The notes beneath the pieces are model-generated. The model was not told where the DNA came from. It searched no databases and saw nothing but the letters and a program-made list of their open reading frames with translations. Below are positions 19,656-30,026 of a DNA stretch of 64,000 nt, piece after piece (the stretch's first letter is position 1; the number at the start of each line of letters is the position of its first letter). Source of the stretch: Candidatus Firestoneibacteriota bacterium (GTDB lineage Bacteria; Oederibacteriota; D2-FULL-39-29; CAIOVX01); contig CAIOVX010000011.1 in assembly GCA_903861835.1 (NCBI GenBank), positions 66,122 to 130,121 of the forward strand, written 5' to 3'. A program made the translations under genes and the position numbers.

Positions 19656-20780
19656 GTGAAAAACGCCATTAAGGGTAATCAGCAAAAGAAAAACAGAAAC
19701 TTGCCGCTTTTTGCATGTGTACTTATATGCCTTATTGCTATTTTTTATCCGCAAAGAGTCAAATCAGCACTCATAGATGACCTTATCTGTCCTGATTCTG
19801 AGGTCAGGAAAAAAGCGCTTTATCGGTTTGATTCCTCCGACGCGTCCTCAAAAGAGGAAATAATCGCTAGGCTTATCGAAAGATCCTTTAACAAGGGTAA
19901 TGAGCAGTATGACTATGCGCTCGAAGACCTTAAAGCTATGGGAGCCCAGGCTATAGGCCCGGCTATAAGAACAATAAATGATATTAATCTTGCGGAAAGA
20001 GATCCGTGGGTAGCAGTTTGTCTCAACTCCGGGAAAGCAGCTGTACCGGAACTCAAGAAATATTTGGGTTCGGACGAGTTACACTCTCTCGCTGCGGCCT
20101 CCTTGCTTCTGAGGGTTGATCCGGAAATGCGCGAGGCTGCCGCTTTCATTTCAAAAAAACTTAAGGAATCCAAGACAGATAAAACGACTTTATTCTGCCT
20201 GCGGGCTTTAAGCTTGGAGACCTCACCCTCCGAAACAGAACTGCAAAGCATAATTGTCAGGCTTAAAAGTCCTGACAGTATAAGAGCTGTCGCGCTTAGT
20301 TGTCTTGACAATTTCGGGACAAAAGCCTCCTTAGCTATTCCGGAAGTTCTAAAAGTACTAAAGAGCGAAAAACAGGAAGGCAGAATATTGCCGCTCAAAG
20401 TGCTGGGCAATTGCAAGGAAGCGGCCTATGAAGCCGTACCTTATCTTTATGAGTTGGCGGCAATTGATGATATCGTCCTCCGGCTCAATGTCTTGCGGGT
20501 TATCGGCGAGATCGGAGTTGATCCAAAAGGTTCACTTCCCGTCCTCGAGGCTTCGCTTAAACACGAGGATGAGTTTGTTAGGGCGGCTGCCGCCGAAGCG
20601 GTGGGACGATTCGACAGGAAAGCATTCGGGGCTGTGCCGGTTCTTTCTGAAGCTCTTATGTCAAGCAAGCTGCTTTATACTCAGGATAAAATAATTGCGG
20701 CGCTAAGGGCTGTTGGAACAGAAGACGCGCTCGCAGCTGTTAACAGGTTTAGGAAGGAAGTAAGACAAAAGAAGAAATGA
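19656..20780 (+). CDS. HEAT/PBS-lyase repeat protein with N-terminal anchor
   Basis: VRKKAL, AVPELKKYL, VRAAAAEAVG, AVPVLSEAL repeats. Confidence 0.8.
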   Translation: MKNAIKGNQQKKNRNLPLFACVLICLIAIFYPQRVKSALIDDLICPDSEVRKKALYRFDSSDASSKEEIIARLIERSFNKGNEQYDYALEDLKAMGAQAIGPAIRTINDINLAERDPWVAVCLNSGKAAVPELKKYLGSDELHSLAAASLLLRVDPEMREAAAFISKKLKESKTDKTTLFCLRALSLETSPSETELQSIIVRLKSPDSIRAVALSCLDNFGTKASLAIPEVLKVLKSEKQEGRILPLKVLGNCKEAAYEAVPYLYELAAIDDIVLRLNVLRVIGEIGVDPKGSLPVLEASLKHEDEFVRAAAAEAVGRFDRKAFGAVPVLSEALMSSKLLYTQDKIIAALRAVGTEDALAAVNRFRKEVRQKKK

Positions 20781-22588
20781 ACGGAGATAGTATGATAACT
20801 ATCCAAGATTATGTTTATAGGATGAGGGGTTTTGCCGGTAAACCTTTTATTTCCTGGAACGAAGGCGGAACCGGAGCTTCAATTGACTTCGGTCAGGCTG
20901 CGGAAATTGTCAATTCCTACTCAAAGGGGTTCCTTGAACTTGGCCTGTTACCCGGCGACAGGGTAGCCGTATTTTCAGATAATATCCCTGAATGGATCCT
21001 GATTGTGCTTGGAATAAATAATGCCGGGTTGGTAGATGTGCCGCGCGGCGAGAACTCAGATGAAGAAGAGATCAGGTATATTATTGAACACAGCCGTTCC
21101 AGATTAGTGATAGCTGCTGATGAGACTATAGCAAAAAAAGCGGCAAAATATGCGCACTCACAGGTTCTGGGTCTTTACACCGTAAAAAAAGCGATTGGCC
21201 TAAAGCATGTCTCGGAAATTAGCGGAATAGGCGCTATTAGCAATGTTAAAATCCCGCTTGTCTCCGGCAGTTCTTCCTGCAGCATAATCTATACCTCCGG
21301 AAGCACAGGCGCTCCAAAGGGAGTTGAACTTTCGCATTACAATTTTACTGAAAACGCCGAGGCCTGTACCAGAGCAATCAAGATTAATTCTGCCGATAAA
21401 TTCCTATCGATTCTGCCGGCGTGGCACGCTTTCGAAAGGATGGTAAAGCTCTTCGCGCTTTCAAGAGGTTGTGAAACCTTCTATTCATCGCCTAAGACCC
21501 TTCTAAGAGATTTGAAGGAGCAGGAACCTACTATTGTGGCCTCCGTTCCGAGAGTTTGGGAAGCCGTCTACAGCGCCGTAATGAGAAAGGCGGGTGAAAG
21601 GGGCAAGCTGAGGAAAGCTGTTTTCGAGTTTGGCGTCAAGTCGATTATTGATTCCGAAAAGAATAAAAAAGCGTTTCACACCTCCCGGTTAATAGGGCCG
21701 CTGGTGAAACCGTATTTCGATAAAAAAGTATTTTCAGAAATACGAGCACAGCTTGGAGGCAGATTCCGTTACGGCGTTTCAGGCGGCAGCAAGCTGCCTG
21801 CACATATAGATGATTTTTTTGCGGCGGCCGGAATTGAGTTGATAGAAGGTTATGGCCTTACGGAAACTTCCCCCGTGCTCGCGGCGCGCCGTCCCGGCTC
21901 AGCAGCTCTTTATACCGTAGGACCGCTTCTGGACAATGTCAGCGGCAGGATAATAGATCACGAGACCGGCAAGGAAATGCCGGCAGGCTGCGAAGGAATA
22001 CTATACGTAAAAGGTCCGAATGTAATGAAGGGGTATTATCGCGATTATGAAAATACGCGTAAAGTTCTTGACGGTGAAGGCTGGTTGGATACAGGAGACC
22101 GCGGATATTTTGACCCGGCCGGCAACCTGGTTATAACAGGAAGGGAAAAAGATATTGTAGTCCTGTCTAACGGTGAGAATGTAAATCCCGTTAAGATTGA
22201 AGAGCGACTTGCTAAAAGCGAGTTCATTGAGAGTATACTTATAACAGGACATGATTGGAAGCATATAGGCGCGCTGATAGTTCCGCACTTTGAAAAGCTT
22301 AAGGTTTGGTGCCTTGCGGCAGGTGTTAAATACAATGAAGAGAATCTCACTTTGACGCTCACAGAACCGCAGGTAAGGGAATTATTCAGGCAGGAAATAA
22401 GAAATTACATAAACCCTAAAGAAGGATTTAAGGAATACGAACTGGTTCGTGAGTTTAGGCTGTTGCCTGAGTCTTTCCTGGTAGGGAGAGAACTGACGGC
22501 CACACTAAAAATGAAGAGAAGGGTTATAGTTGAAATCTATTCGGAATATGTCAAAAACATGGGTGAAAGGGTAAATAAGGTTTTATAA
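20777..22588 (+). CDS. fadD: Long-chain acyl-CoA synthetase
   Basis: IIYTSGSTGAPKGV, EGYGLTETSP, GWLDTGD, ELTATLKMKR. Confidence 0.88.
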   Translation: MNGDSMITIQDYVYRMRGFAGKPFISWNEGGTGASIDFGQAAEIVNSYSKGFLELGLLPGDRVAVFSDNIPEWILIVLGINNAGLVDVPRGENSDEEEIRYIIEHSRSRLVIAADETIAKKAAKYAHSQVLGLYTVKKAIGLKHVSEISGIGAISNVKIPLVSGSSSCSIIYTSGSTGAPKGVELSHYNFTENAEACTRAIKINSADKFLSILPAWHAFERMVKLFALSRGCETFYSSPKTLLRDLKEQEPTIVASVPRVWEAVYSAVMRKAGERGKLRKAVFEFGVKSIIDSEKNKKAFHTSRLIGPLVKPYFDKKVFSEIRAQLGGRFRYGVSGGSKLPAHIDDFFAAAGIELIEGYGLTETSPVLAARRPGSAALYTVGPLLDNVSGRIIDHETGKEMPAGCEGILYVKGPNVMKGYYRDYENTRKVLDGEGWLDTGDRGYFDPAGNLVITGREKDIVVLSNGENVNPVKIEERLAKSEFIESILITGHDWKHIGALIVPHFEKLKVWCLAAGVKYNEENLTLTLTEPQVRELFRQEIRNYINPKEGFKEYELVREFRLLPESFLVGRELTATLKMKRRVIVEIYSEYVKNMGERVNKVL

Positions 22589-22627
22589 TTCTCTGTTTTT
22601 TAGCACTCAAGGAACGCCGGAGCAAAG

Positions 22628-25174
22628 ATGAGAAGTTTCGCAATAAGCCTTGTGACCGTCCTCCTGCTTTTTACAATAAATACGGCTTTCGGGCAAACCT
22701 TTCATCAAATAGGGCTTTCCGGCGGCGGCGCCACCTATTATCCGGCTATTTCTTCTGTAAATAAGAACTTAATGTTCGCGAGTTGCGATATGTCAGGTTT
22801 CTATAAAAGTCAGGATGCCGGCGGAAGCTGGAGTCTTATTGATTTTCATCAGCTAAACAGCTGCAATAAATGTTATCCTGCTTTTGATCCGACGGACCAA
22901 TCAAAAATATATACTGCCTCAAATGCAATTCTTAAATACAGCAGTGACACAGGAAGCACCTGGTCTACCGTGCGTTCGTATTCCCCGGATAGCGCGATTT
23001 ACAGGATATACGTCGACCCGTTTAACTCCGGAGTTGTCTACGCCGGGACTAACGCTGCAATATATAAAAATGCCACGAAATGCACTGACATCACGGATTC
23101 AGCCTCAGCCATTGGTTTTTATATATCCAACTCAGGCTCGAAGTACGAATTCGCTGCAACATCAAAAAACATCTGGCGCTCAGGCAACGACGGCGGAAAC
23201 TGGGCTGTTAAAAGCCCGGCCGGCCCTTCAGGCCTAAACAGTTTCTGCGGCGGAAGCAACGGCGCTACAACACGGCTGTACTGTACGGGAACTGACGGAA
23301 AAGTTTATGTTTCTATCAACAACGGTGATAACTGGGCTGCCGCCTCAACTTCAGGAATACCTTTGACTGACAGAGGTTATCTGTATTCGGTTGTCTGTGC
23401 TGAAACCAATCCTGATATTGCTTACGCTATGGTAAATAACCCCGCAGTTTCCTGGGACCTGAATATTTACAAGACTTCAGACGGCGGGAGCACCTGGACC
23501 AATGTTTTCATTGCTAATCCTTTTGCGTGGCAGTCAAGCCCGCCGGCGGATCCGCCGGGAGACAATGTGACGCTCGGTTGGCAGGCCTATGATGAACCCG
23601 GCTGGAACAGCACTTTTACTTACGGTTTTTATGTCTGCAGAACTGACCCTAATTATGTGATAGGGGCAGGAGGCGGAGAGGTTTACCTGACAACCGACGG
23701 AGGCGTTAGCTGGAACGGAGTCTATGTCAAATACGCCGACACCGGCACGCGCGGAAAGCATAAGAAATGGCAGAGCAACGGATTGAATGTTACAACTGTC
23801 TGGAATTATTACATACATCCTTTTGATTCGACTAAACATTATATCTGCTATACGGACATAGGGCTGGCTCAGAGCAATGACAGCGGCCTGACCTGGTTTT
23901 CTTCTTGGACCGGAACTCCTTTTCCTAATACTTTCTACGACCTGGCTTTTGACCCGAATTCACCTGCCATAATCTATGGAGCCGGCTCGGCAGATCACGA
24001 CATTCCCACCGGCTGGGGGCAGTCACAGGACACTCCGGATTATCCGGGCGGTCCCGTCATAAGCACCGATTATGGCAAGAGCTGGGCGGCAATGAGCTTC
24101 TCAGGTTTGACGACGAAGATCTGGACCCAGGGCACCTATCCGTATCCCTGCACCGGTATAGCGGTGGATGCCGCCGGAACAGCCCTTTATATAACTCAAT
24201 ACGGCGATGGAGTTTATAAATCCGTAAAGGCCGGAGGTCTTTGGGGCGCCTGGACCAAATTAAACGTTCCTGCGATAAACAATAATAATCATTATTATAA
24301 AATAAAAATCCATAAGGACGGCACGATATTTGCAGGTGTGGTCGGGAGGATAACTTACAGCGGGGGAACGTGGGGGTCCGGCAGCTGGCAGACTCCTGAT
24401 GCCGGCGCGGTTTATGTGTCCAAGAACGGCGGCACCACATGGAGTAATATCGCTCAGAATGTGTATTCCGGAGGTCCGCTCTTCAATACAAGGCTTTTCG
24501 AAGCAGATCCGGAGAATAGCAATATTGTTTATCTATGCGCCGCCGCCTCGCGGAACGGTTCTGATTACGGAGTGTATAAAACAGCCAACGGCGGAGTTTC
24601 CTGGACCAAGTTCACTTTTACAGGCACATATAATCAAACCTACGGAATGGCCACGCCGGAAACCATCAGCATTGACCCGTCTAACACTTCTGTGCTCTAC
24701 CTTTCCTCAAATGACAACAGCCTTTGGAAGAGTCCTGACGGAGGCATTACCTGGTCAGCTATTTCTTTCCCGTTTCTTCCAATTGATAATGTCCGTGTCG
24801 ATCCGGCAAATAACTGCATTTATGTATGCTCATATGGCAGCGGGGTTTGGACGAACTCGCAGGGAGTTGCGCCGCCGCCGCCGGATGGAACCATACCAAT
24901 AAATCCTGTAGTTTTTCCAAACCCTTTCAAGCTTTTAGGAAGCGGGAGCGTAAGGATTGCAGCAATTCCGGTTCGGCCAACAGCCGTTGAGATCTACAAC
25001 AGCAGCGGAGCGCTAGTCAGAAGACTGACAACTTTCTCGTCTGATTCGAACGGGTTTTTCACTATTTGGGACGCAAAGAACGGAAATGGAGATACGGTTG
25101 CGCGGGGAATCTATCTCTATTCAATAATAACCTCTTCGGGGAATAAGACCGGAAAGATAGGCGTAATCAAGTAA
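22628..25174 (+). CDS. Secreted BNR/Asp-box beta-propeller protein (GH74/VPS10-like) with C-terminal FlgD-Ig/T9SS-type-A-like domain
   Basis: Signal peptide; many SxDGGxTW boxes; N-terminal CDMSG; tail FPNPF...IYN..G.LVR...WD.KN..G..VA.GIY...GKIGVIK. Confidence 0.8.
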   Translation: MRSFAISLVTVLLLFTINTAFGQTFHQIGLSGGGATYYPAISSVNKNLMFASCDMSGFYKSQDAGGSWSLIDFHQLNSCNKCYPAFDPTDQSKIYTASNAILKYSSDTGSTWSTVRSYSPDSAIYRIYVDPFNSGVVYAGTNAAIYKNATKCTDITDSASAIGFYISNSGSKYEFAATSKNIWRSGNDGGNWAVKSPAGPSGLNSFCGGSNGATTRLYCTGTDGKVYVSINNGDNWAAASTSGIPLTDRGYLYSVVCAETNPDIAYAMVNNPAVSWDLNIYKTSDGGSTWTNVFIANPFAWQSSPPADPPGDNVTLGWQAYDEPGWNSTFTYGFYVCRTDPNYVIGAGGGEVYLTTDGGVSWNGVYVKYADTGTRGKHKKWQSNGLNVTTVWNYYIHPFDSTKHYICYTDIGLAQSNDSGLTWFSSWTGTPFPNTFYDLAFDPNSPAIIYGAGSADHDIPTGWGQSQDTPDYPGGPVISTDYGKSWAAMSFSGLTTKIWTQGTYPYPCTGIAVDAAGTALYITQYGDGVYKSVKAGGLWGAWTKLNVPAINNNNHYYKIKIHKDGTIFAGVVGRITYSGGTWGSGSWQTPDAGAVYVSKNGGTTWSNIAQNVYSGGPLFNTRLFEADPENSNIVYLCAAASRNGSDYGVYKTANGGVSWTKFTFTGTYNQTYGMATPETISIDPSNTSVLYLSSNDNSLWKSPDGGITWSAISFPFLPIDNVRVDPANNCIYVCSYGSGVWTNSQGVAPPPPDGTIPINPVVFPNPFKLLGSGSVRIAAIPVRPTAVEIYNSSGALVRRLTTFSSDSNGFFTIWDAKNGNGDTVARGIYLYSIITSSGNKTGKIGVIK

Positions 25175-25326
25175 AAGCCGGTGAAGAAATATTCCAAAGA
25201 AAAATGCTTTTGTGATAAAATATAAAGCAGTCTAAAAGTCATAATGCAATCAATCTTCATGTTATGTCTGTGCTAAGCGGCTAAAATCACCGATAGGTAA
25301 TGCGCGCGCCGCGTAGTCAAGGAATT

Positions 25327-26217
25327 ATGAAGAAAGTTCTCTTGCTGTTGCTTCTAATAACGGCGCCTCTGGCAGCCGGCAAACTTAAGGTATTTACGAC
25401 AATTTTTCCTGTTTATGACCTTTCAAGGCAGGTCGGCGGAGAACTTTGTGAAGTATCAATGTTGATACCTCCGGGCACAGAAGCGCATTCTTACGAACCA
25501 ACACCTAAGCAGATAGCCGGGCTTGGCAAATGCGACCTTCTGATTTACACCAATCCGTATATGGAACCGTGGATAGCGAAGGCAGCGCGGGGGGCAGGGA
25601 TGAAGCCGGGGGATATAGTAAATTCCTGCGAGAATATTGTTCTGCTGAGCGCAACCAAAGGGGAAGAGCCTGATCATCAGGCTTATGAGGGAAAAGACCC
25701 TCACGCCTGGCTGGACATCGGGAATGCCGCGAAGATGACGGAAAATATTGCCTTGGCTTTTGAGAGAAAGGATCCTGCAAACGCCGCGCAGTACCGCCGC
25801 AACGCGAAGGCCTATGAAAAAGCGCTCTTTGAGTTTGATGCTGCGGCTAAAAGAGCTATCTCGGGCTTTAAAAAGAAGAACTTCTATTTTGCGGGGCATT
25901 TTGCCTACGGCTATTTCGTAAGCCGCTATGGACTGAGCTACACATCTCCTTTTAAGGGCTTTTCTCCTGACGCGGAACCTACGCCTAAAGCTCTCGCGAA
26001 GATGTCAGATGAGATAAAAAAGGACGGAGCAACCGTTATTTACAGGGAAGAGCTGCTTTCCTCTAGGCTGGCAGACGCTCTTGCAGCCGAAGGCGGTCTG
26101 ACTGTGCTTGAACTCTCGGCTGCTCATAACGTTTCCAAGAAGGAACTGGCTAAAGGTTTAACCTTGCTGTCTATCCTGCGCAGTAATCTTAGTAATCTTG
26201 AACGGGGGCTAAAGTGA
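25327..26217 (+). CDS. znuA: Zn/Mn ABC transporter substrate-binding protein
   Basis: PPGTEAHSYEPTP, DPHAWLD, HFAYGYF; start moved to MKKVLL (track start 25300). Confidence 0.85.
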   Translation: MKKVLLLLLLITAPLAAGKLKVFTTIFPVYDLSRQVGGELCEVSMLIPPGTEAHSYEPTPKQIAGLGKCDLLIYTNPYMEPWIAKAARGAGMKPGDIVNSCENIVLLSATKGEEPDHQAYEGKDPHAWLDIGNAAKMTENIALAFERKDPANAAQYRRNAKAYEKALFEFDAAAKRAISGFKKKNFYFAGHFAYGYFVSRYGLSYTSPFKGFSPDAEPTPKALAKMSDEIKKDGATVIYREELLSSRLADALAAEGGLTVLELSAAHNVSKKELAKGLTLLSILRSNLSNLERGLK

Positions 26218-26996
26218 GCGTTGTTGATTTCAAGAAGGTAACATATATCGCTTCCGGTAAAGCGGTCTTAGATAATATTAGTTTTACGGTCTCTGAAGGC
26301 AATTTTGTCGGTATTGTCGGCCAGAACGGCAGCGGGAAGACGACTCTCATTAAGACTCTTCTGGGCTTGTTTAAGCAGGCTTCCGGAGAGGTGAAACTAT
26401 TCGGGGTTGACCCCGTTCGTTTCAAAGACTGGAGAAAAGTAGGCTATATACCGCAAAAAGTCATTACCGGAGATAACAGATTTCCTCTTACTGTCTCCGA
26501 AGCTGTTGGTTTGGGATTGCTTTCAGGAATGAAAAACCCAAAAACGTTAAACTCTGCGGGCAGGGCCAAAGTTTTAGCTACGCTAAAAGCCCTTGATATA
26601 ACTGAAATAGCGGAGAAACTCGTTGGAAGGTTATCGGGAGGGCAGCAGCAGCGTGTGATGTTGGCCAGGGCTCTTGTGAATGACCCGGAACTTCTCGTGC
26701 TGGATGAACCGACAGCTGCGCTCGATGTCTCGGCGGGAGAAGCTTTTATGAAATTAATCAGAGACCTCAACGAAAAAAGGAAGGTCACGGTTCTTTTGGT
26801 AACCCACGATATCGCAAACATAGGCAAATACGCCGATAAGATGCTCTATATCGATAATAAGATGGTTTTTTATGGCACCTTTGGGGATTTTTGCATCTCC
26901 CCGGATGCGGCGCTTTATTTCGGAAAGTATGCCCAGCACATCATCTGCCACAGGCATGATCACGAAAAGGCGGAAGGAGTCACGCGCGGTGCTTGA
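26214..26996 (+). CDS. znuC: Zn/Mn ABC transporter ATP-binding protein
   Basis: [22 protein letters not shown], His-rich tail. Confidence 0.88.
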   Translation: MSVVDFKKVTYIASGKAVLDNISFTVSEGNFVGIVGQNGSGKTTLIKTLLGLFKQASGEVKLFGVDPVRFKDWRKVGYIPQKVITGDNRFPLTVSEAVGLGLLSGMKNPKTLNSAGRAKVLATLKALDITEIAEKLVGRLSGGQQQRVMLARALVNDPELLVLDEPTAALDVSAGEAFMKLIRDLNEKRKVTVLLVTHDIANIGKYADKMLYIDNKMVFYGTFGDFCISPDAALYFGKYAQHIICHRHDHEKAEGVTRGA

Positions 26997-27795
26997 AGCT
27001 TTACACTACGCTTTTATACAGAAGGCGCTGCTTGCCGGGGCCTTTATCTCGGTGCTCTGCGCCGTCCTCGGGGTATTTCTGGTATTAAAGAAATTCTCGC
27101 TTATAGGCGACGGGCTCTCGCACGTTACCTTTTTTTCGATTGCTCTCGGTCTCTTCTTTAAGACCTCACCGCTCTATGTCTCAGTGCCGGTAGTTGCTGT
27201 CTCTTCACTCGGCATTCTCAAACTAACGGAGAAGGGGAAAGTCTTCGGCGACACCGCTATAGGAATTGTCTCTTCATTGGGCATAGCGGGAGGAATAATA
27301 ATTGCCAGTCTCTCCGGCGGGTTCAATGTTGACCTGATGAGTTACCTGTTCGGCAGCATCCTTACAATACAGTGGGCAGAGGTAGCTCTCTCGGTAGCCC
27401 TTTCGGCTCTCGTCATCGCTCTGGTTATCTTTTACTATCATGATCTGGTAGCCGCGACTTTTGACGAAGAATCAGCAAAAGTAATGGGTATAAACACCGG
27501 GCGAGTGAACAAGGTGCTGGTGCTCCTGACCTCGCTTACAGTGGTTCTTTCGATGCGCATAGTCGGAATTATGCTGGTTTCGAGTTTCCTGATAATCCCG
27601 GCGGCTTCTGCCCTGCAGCTGGGGCTTAGTTTCAGGTCGACCATACTGGCCGCTGCTGCTTTCGGTTTTGTTTCCGTCATAAGCGGGATATTTATTTCCT
27701 ATGCGGCTGATCTTCCGGCAGGAGCTTCTATAGTTATGGTAAGTTTTATACTATTCTGCGCGGCCTTTGGGCTGAGGAAGGTGACCGGAAAATGA
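26989..27795 (+). CDS. znuB: Zn/Mn ABC transporter permease
   Basis: SLIGDGLSH, YLFGSIL, FDEESAK; GTG start after AAGGAG (track start 26872). Confidence 0.88.
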   Translation: MLEALHYAFIQKALLAGAFISVLCAVLGVFLVLKKFSLIGDGLSHVTFFSIALGLFFKTSPLYVSVPVVAVSSLGILKLTEKGKVFGDTAIGIVSSLGIAGGIIIASLSGGFNVDLMSYLFGSILTIQWAEVALSVALSALVIALVIFYYHDLVAATFDEESAKVMGINTGRVNKVLVLLTSLTVVLSMRIVGIMLVSSFLIIPAASALQLGLSFRSTILAAAAFGFVSVISGIFISYAADLPAGASIVMVSFILFCAAFGLRKVTGK

Positions 27796-29015
27796 GAGAA
27801 AAAAATGAAGCCGTAGAGCGTCTCCTGCAGGTTGGCATAGCCCTTTCAAGCATAGAGAACCTTGAGAGCCTGCTTGATCTTATATTGAGGGAAGCTCAGG
27901 AATTAATGGGCTGCGACGGAGCTTCAATATTTCTTGTAAAAGAAGAAAAGCTTATCTTTAAGGCAATGCGCTCAGGCACCTATTTCCGGATGTGGGGCGA
28001 AGAAAAGACCAGGGCCGTTTTCAAGGCCTTTGAAATGCCTCTCACAAAAAACAGTATAGCAGGGTATGTTGCTTTAACCTCTTCCGGCTTGAATATTCCT
28101 GATGTTTCGAGTATTCCGGCAGGAGAACATTACAGATACGATCCTACTCTTGATGAAAAATACGGCTACAGGACGGTCTCTTTGCTGGTTATCCCCATAA
28201 AGAATAAGCAGAGCAAAGTCATAGGCGTGTTGGAACTTATAAACGCGATTGTTGAGGAAAAGGTAACGCAGTTTTCTGACGCAGACCGGGAGATCGCGGA
28301 ATCCTTCTCTTCGCAGGCAGGTGTCGCTATTCAGAACACCAGTCTCACGGAACAACTTCGTGAAGCCAATTTTGACACCATTTTCCGCCTGTCGGTGGCT
28401 GCGGAATACAGAGACAAAGAGACCTCCAACCATATCAAGCGTGTAAGCTATTACGCGAGGCTTATAGCGGAAAAACTCAGAATTTGTACCGAGGACTGCA
28501 CTCTCCTGTTCTGGGCTGCTCCTATGCATGATATTGGTAAACTCGGTATTCCGGATTCTATCCTGCAAAAACCCGGGCCTCTGACTCCTGAAGAGCGAAA
28601 AATAATGGAAAAGCATCCGGTAATCGGCGCTAAAGTGCTCAAGGACTCAAAGGTACCGGTCATTTTGAAGTCGAAGGTCGTGGCACTGACACACCATGAA
28701 AAATATGACGGCACCGGATATCCCCTGAAAATGAAAGGCAACGCTATACCGGTTGAAGGCCGGATTGTCGCGCTGGCGGATGTATTTGACGCGCTCACGA
28801 GCAAGCGGGTTTATAAAGCGCAGATGCCTGAAGAGCAGGCGCTTAAGATTATGAAAGAAGGCAGGGGCGTTCACTTTGATCCGGAAATGCTGGATTGCTT
28901 TCTTGGGAATCTGCCGGCTGTGCGGGAAATCAGAGACAGGTTTGAGGATAAGCCGGAAGATTTTGACAAGCTCAAGGATGTCGGGAACGAAGACCTGAGC
29001 GAATTGCTTAAATAA
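27792..29015 (+). CDS. GAF + HD-GYP cyclic-di-GMP phosphodiesterase
   Basis: GAF (SIAGYVA, VIGVLELIN); HDIGK, HHEKYDGTGYP, ADVFDALTSKRVYK. Confidence 0.9.
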   Translation: MREKNEAVERLLQVGIALSSIENLESLLDLILREAQELMGCDGASIFLVKEEKLIFKAMRSGTYFRMWGEEKTRAVFKAFEMPLTKNSIAGYVALTSSGLNIPDVSSIPAGEHYRYDPTLDEKYGYRTVSLLVIPIKNKQSKVIGVLELINAIVEEKVTQFSDADREIAESFSSQAGVAIQNTSLTEQLREANFDTIFRLSVAAEYRDKETSNHIKRVSYYARLIAEKLRICTEDCTLLFWAAPMHDIGKLGIPDSILQKPGPLTPEERKIMEKHPVIGAKVLKDSKVPVILKSKVVALTHHEKYDGTGYPLKMKGNAIPVEGRIVALADVFDALTSKRVYKAQMPEEQALKIMKEGRGVHFDPEMLDCFLGNLPAVREIRDRFEDKPEDFDKLKDVGNEDLSELLK

Positions 29016-29037
29016 TTAACTGTTCATCGGAGGCACT

Positions 29038-29994
29038 GTGAAAGCAATTGTAACCGGAGGCGCCGGATTCATCGGCAGCTGCCTGATAGCAAAACTCAAC
29101 GCGGAAGGCGTTGATGACATAATCGCAGTAGACCGGATAGGTTCGTCAGCAAGCTGGAAGAATCTTACGGGCAAGCGGATAAGCGACTATCTCGACATAG
29201 ACGCCCTTCCGGAATACTTGAAAACGAATAAACCCGGGCTAATATTGCATATGGGAGCCTGTTCGGCAACAACTGAGACGGATGTCTCATATTTAATGGA
29301 GAATAACTACCGCTATACCAGAATGCTCGCGGAATACTCGGCGGAAAAAAAAGTTCACTTCCTGTACGCTTCTTCGGGAGCTACTTATGGGGACGGGAAA
29401 TGCGGGTATAGCGATTCGAATGAAGTTTCAGCCAGGCTGAAGCCGCTGAATGCCTACGGGTACTCAAAACAACTTTTTGATCTTTTCGCCATAAATTCGG
29501 GTCTTGATAAGAAGATTACCGGCTTTAAATTCTTCAATGTTTTCGGGCCAAATGAATATCACAAAGGCGATATGCGCAGTGTTATAGCAAAGGCGTACCC
29601 CTCCATACTTGCCGGAGAGAAGATGAAACTTTTCAAGTCTTACCTGGAAGATTACAAGGACGGCGAGCAAAAAAGGGATTTTGTTTATATTAAAGACGCC
29701 GTTGAAATGGTTTGGTATTTCATTGAGCATCGAGAGAAGAAAGGAATCTTCAATGTAGGGACAGGAAAGGCGAGAAGCTGGAATGATCTCGCGAAAGCTA
29801 TGTTTTCTGCAGCCGGAAAGGCGCCTCAGATAGAATACATAGAGATGCCTGAAACTCTCAGGGATAAATATCAGTATTTCACGCAAGCTGACATTTCAAA
29901 ACTGCAAGAGAGCGGCTGCGCTCATAAATGTATGGAGCTTGAAGAATCTGTAAAAGATTATGCGTCCTATCTTGCAACCGGCAGATATATCTAA
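29038..29994 (+). CDS. hldD: ADP-L-glycero-D-manno-heptose 6-epimerase
   Basis: TGGAGFIGS, HMGACSATTE, YGYSK, FFNVFGPNEYHKGDMRS, YQYFTQA. Confidence 0.93.
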   Translation: MKAIVTGGAGFIGSCLIAKLNAEGVDDIIAVDRIGSSASWKNLTGKRISDYLDIDALPEYLKTNKPGLILHMGACSATTETDVSYLMENNYRYTRMLAEYSAEKKVHFLYASSGATYGDGKCGYSDSNEVSARLKPLNAYGYSKQLFDLFAINSGLDKKITGFKFFNVFGPNEYHKGDMRSVIAKAYPSILAGEKMKLFKSYLEDYKDGEQKRDFVYIKDAVEMVWYFIEHREKKGIFNVGTGKARSWNDLAKAMFSAAGKAPQIEYIEMPETLRDKYQYFTQADISKLQESGCAHKCMELEESVKDYASYLATGRYI

Positions 29995-30026
29995 TAGGCG
30001 CGAAAGCAGTGTTAACGGGAGGTTAA

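Noticed and set aside
25241..25265. Zur box upstream of znuA
   Set aside because: ATGCAATCAATCTTCAT is only half palindromic; position is plausible but the match is too weak to call
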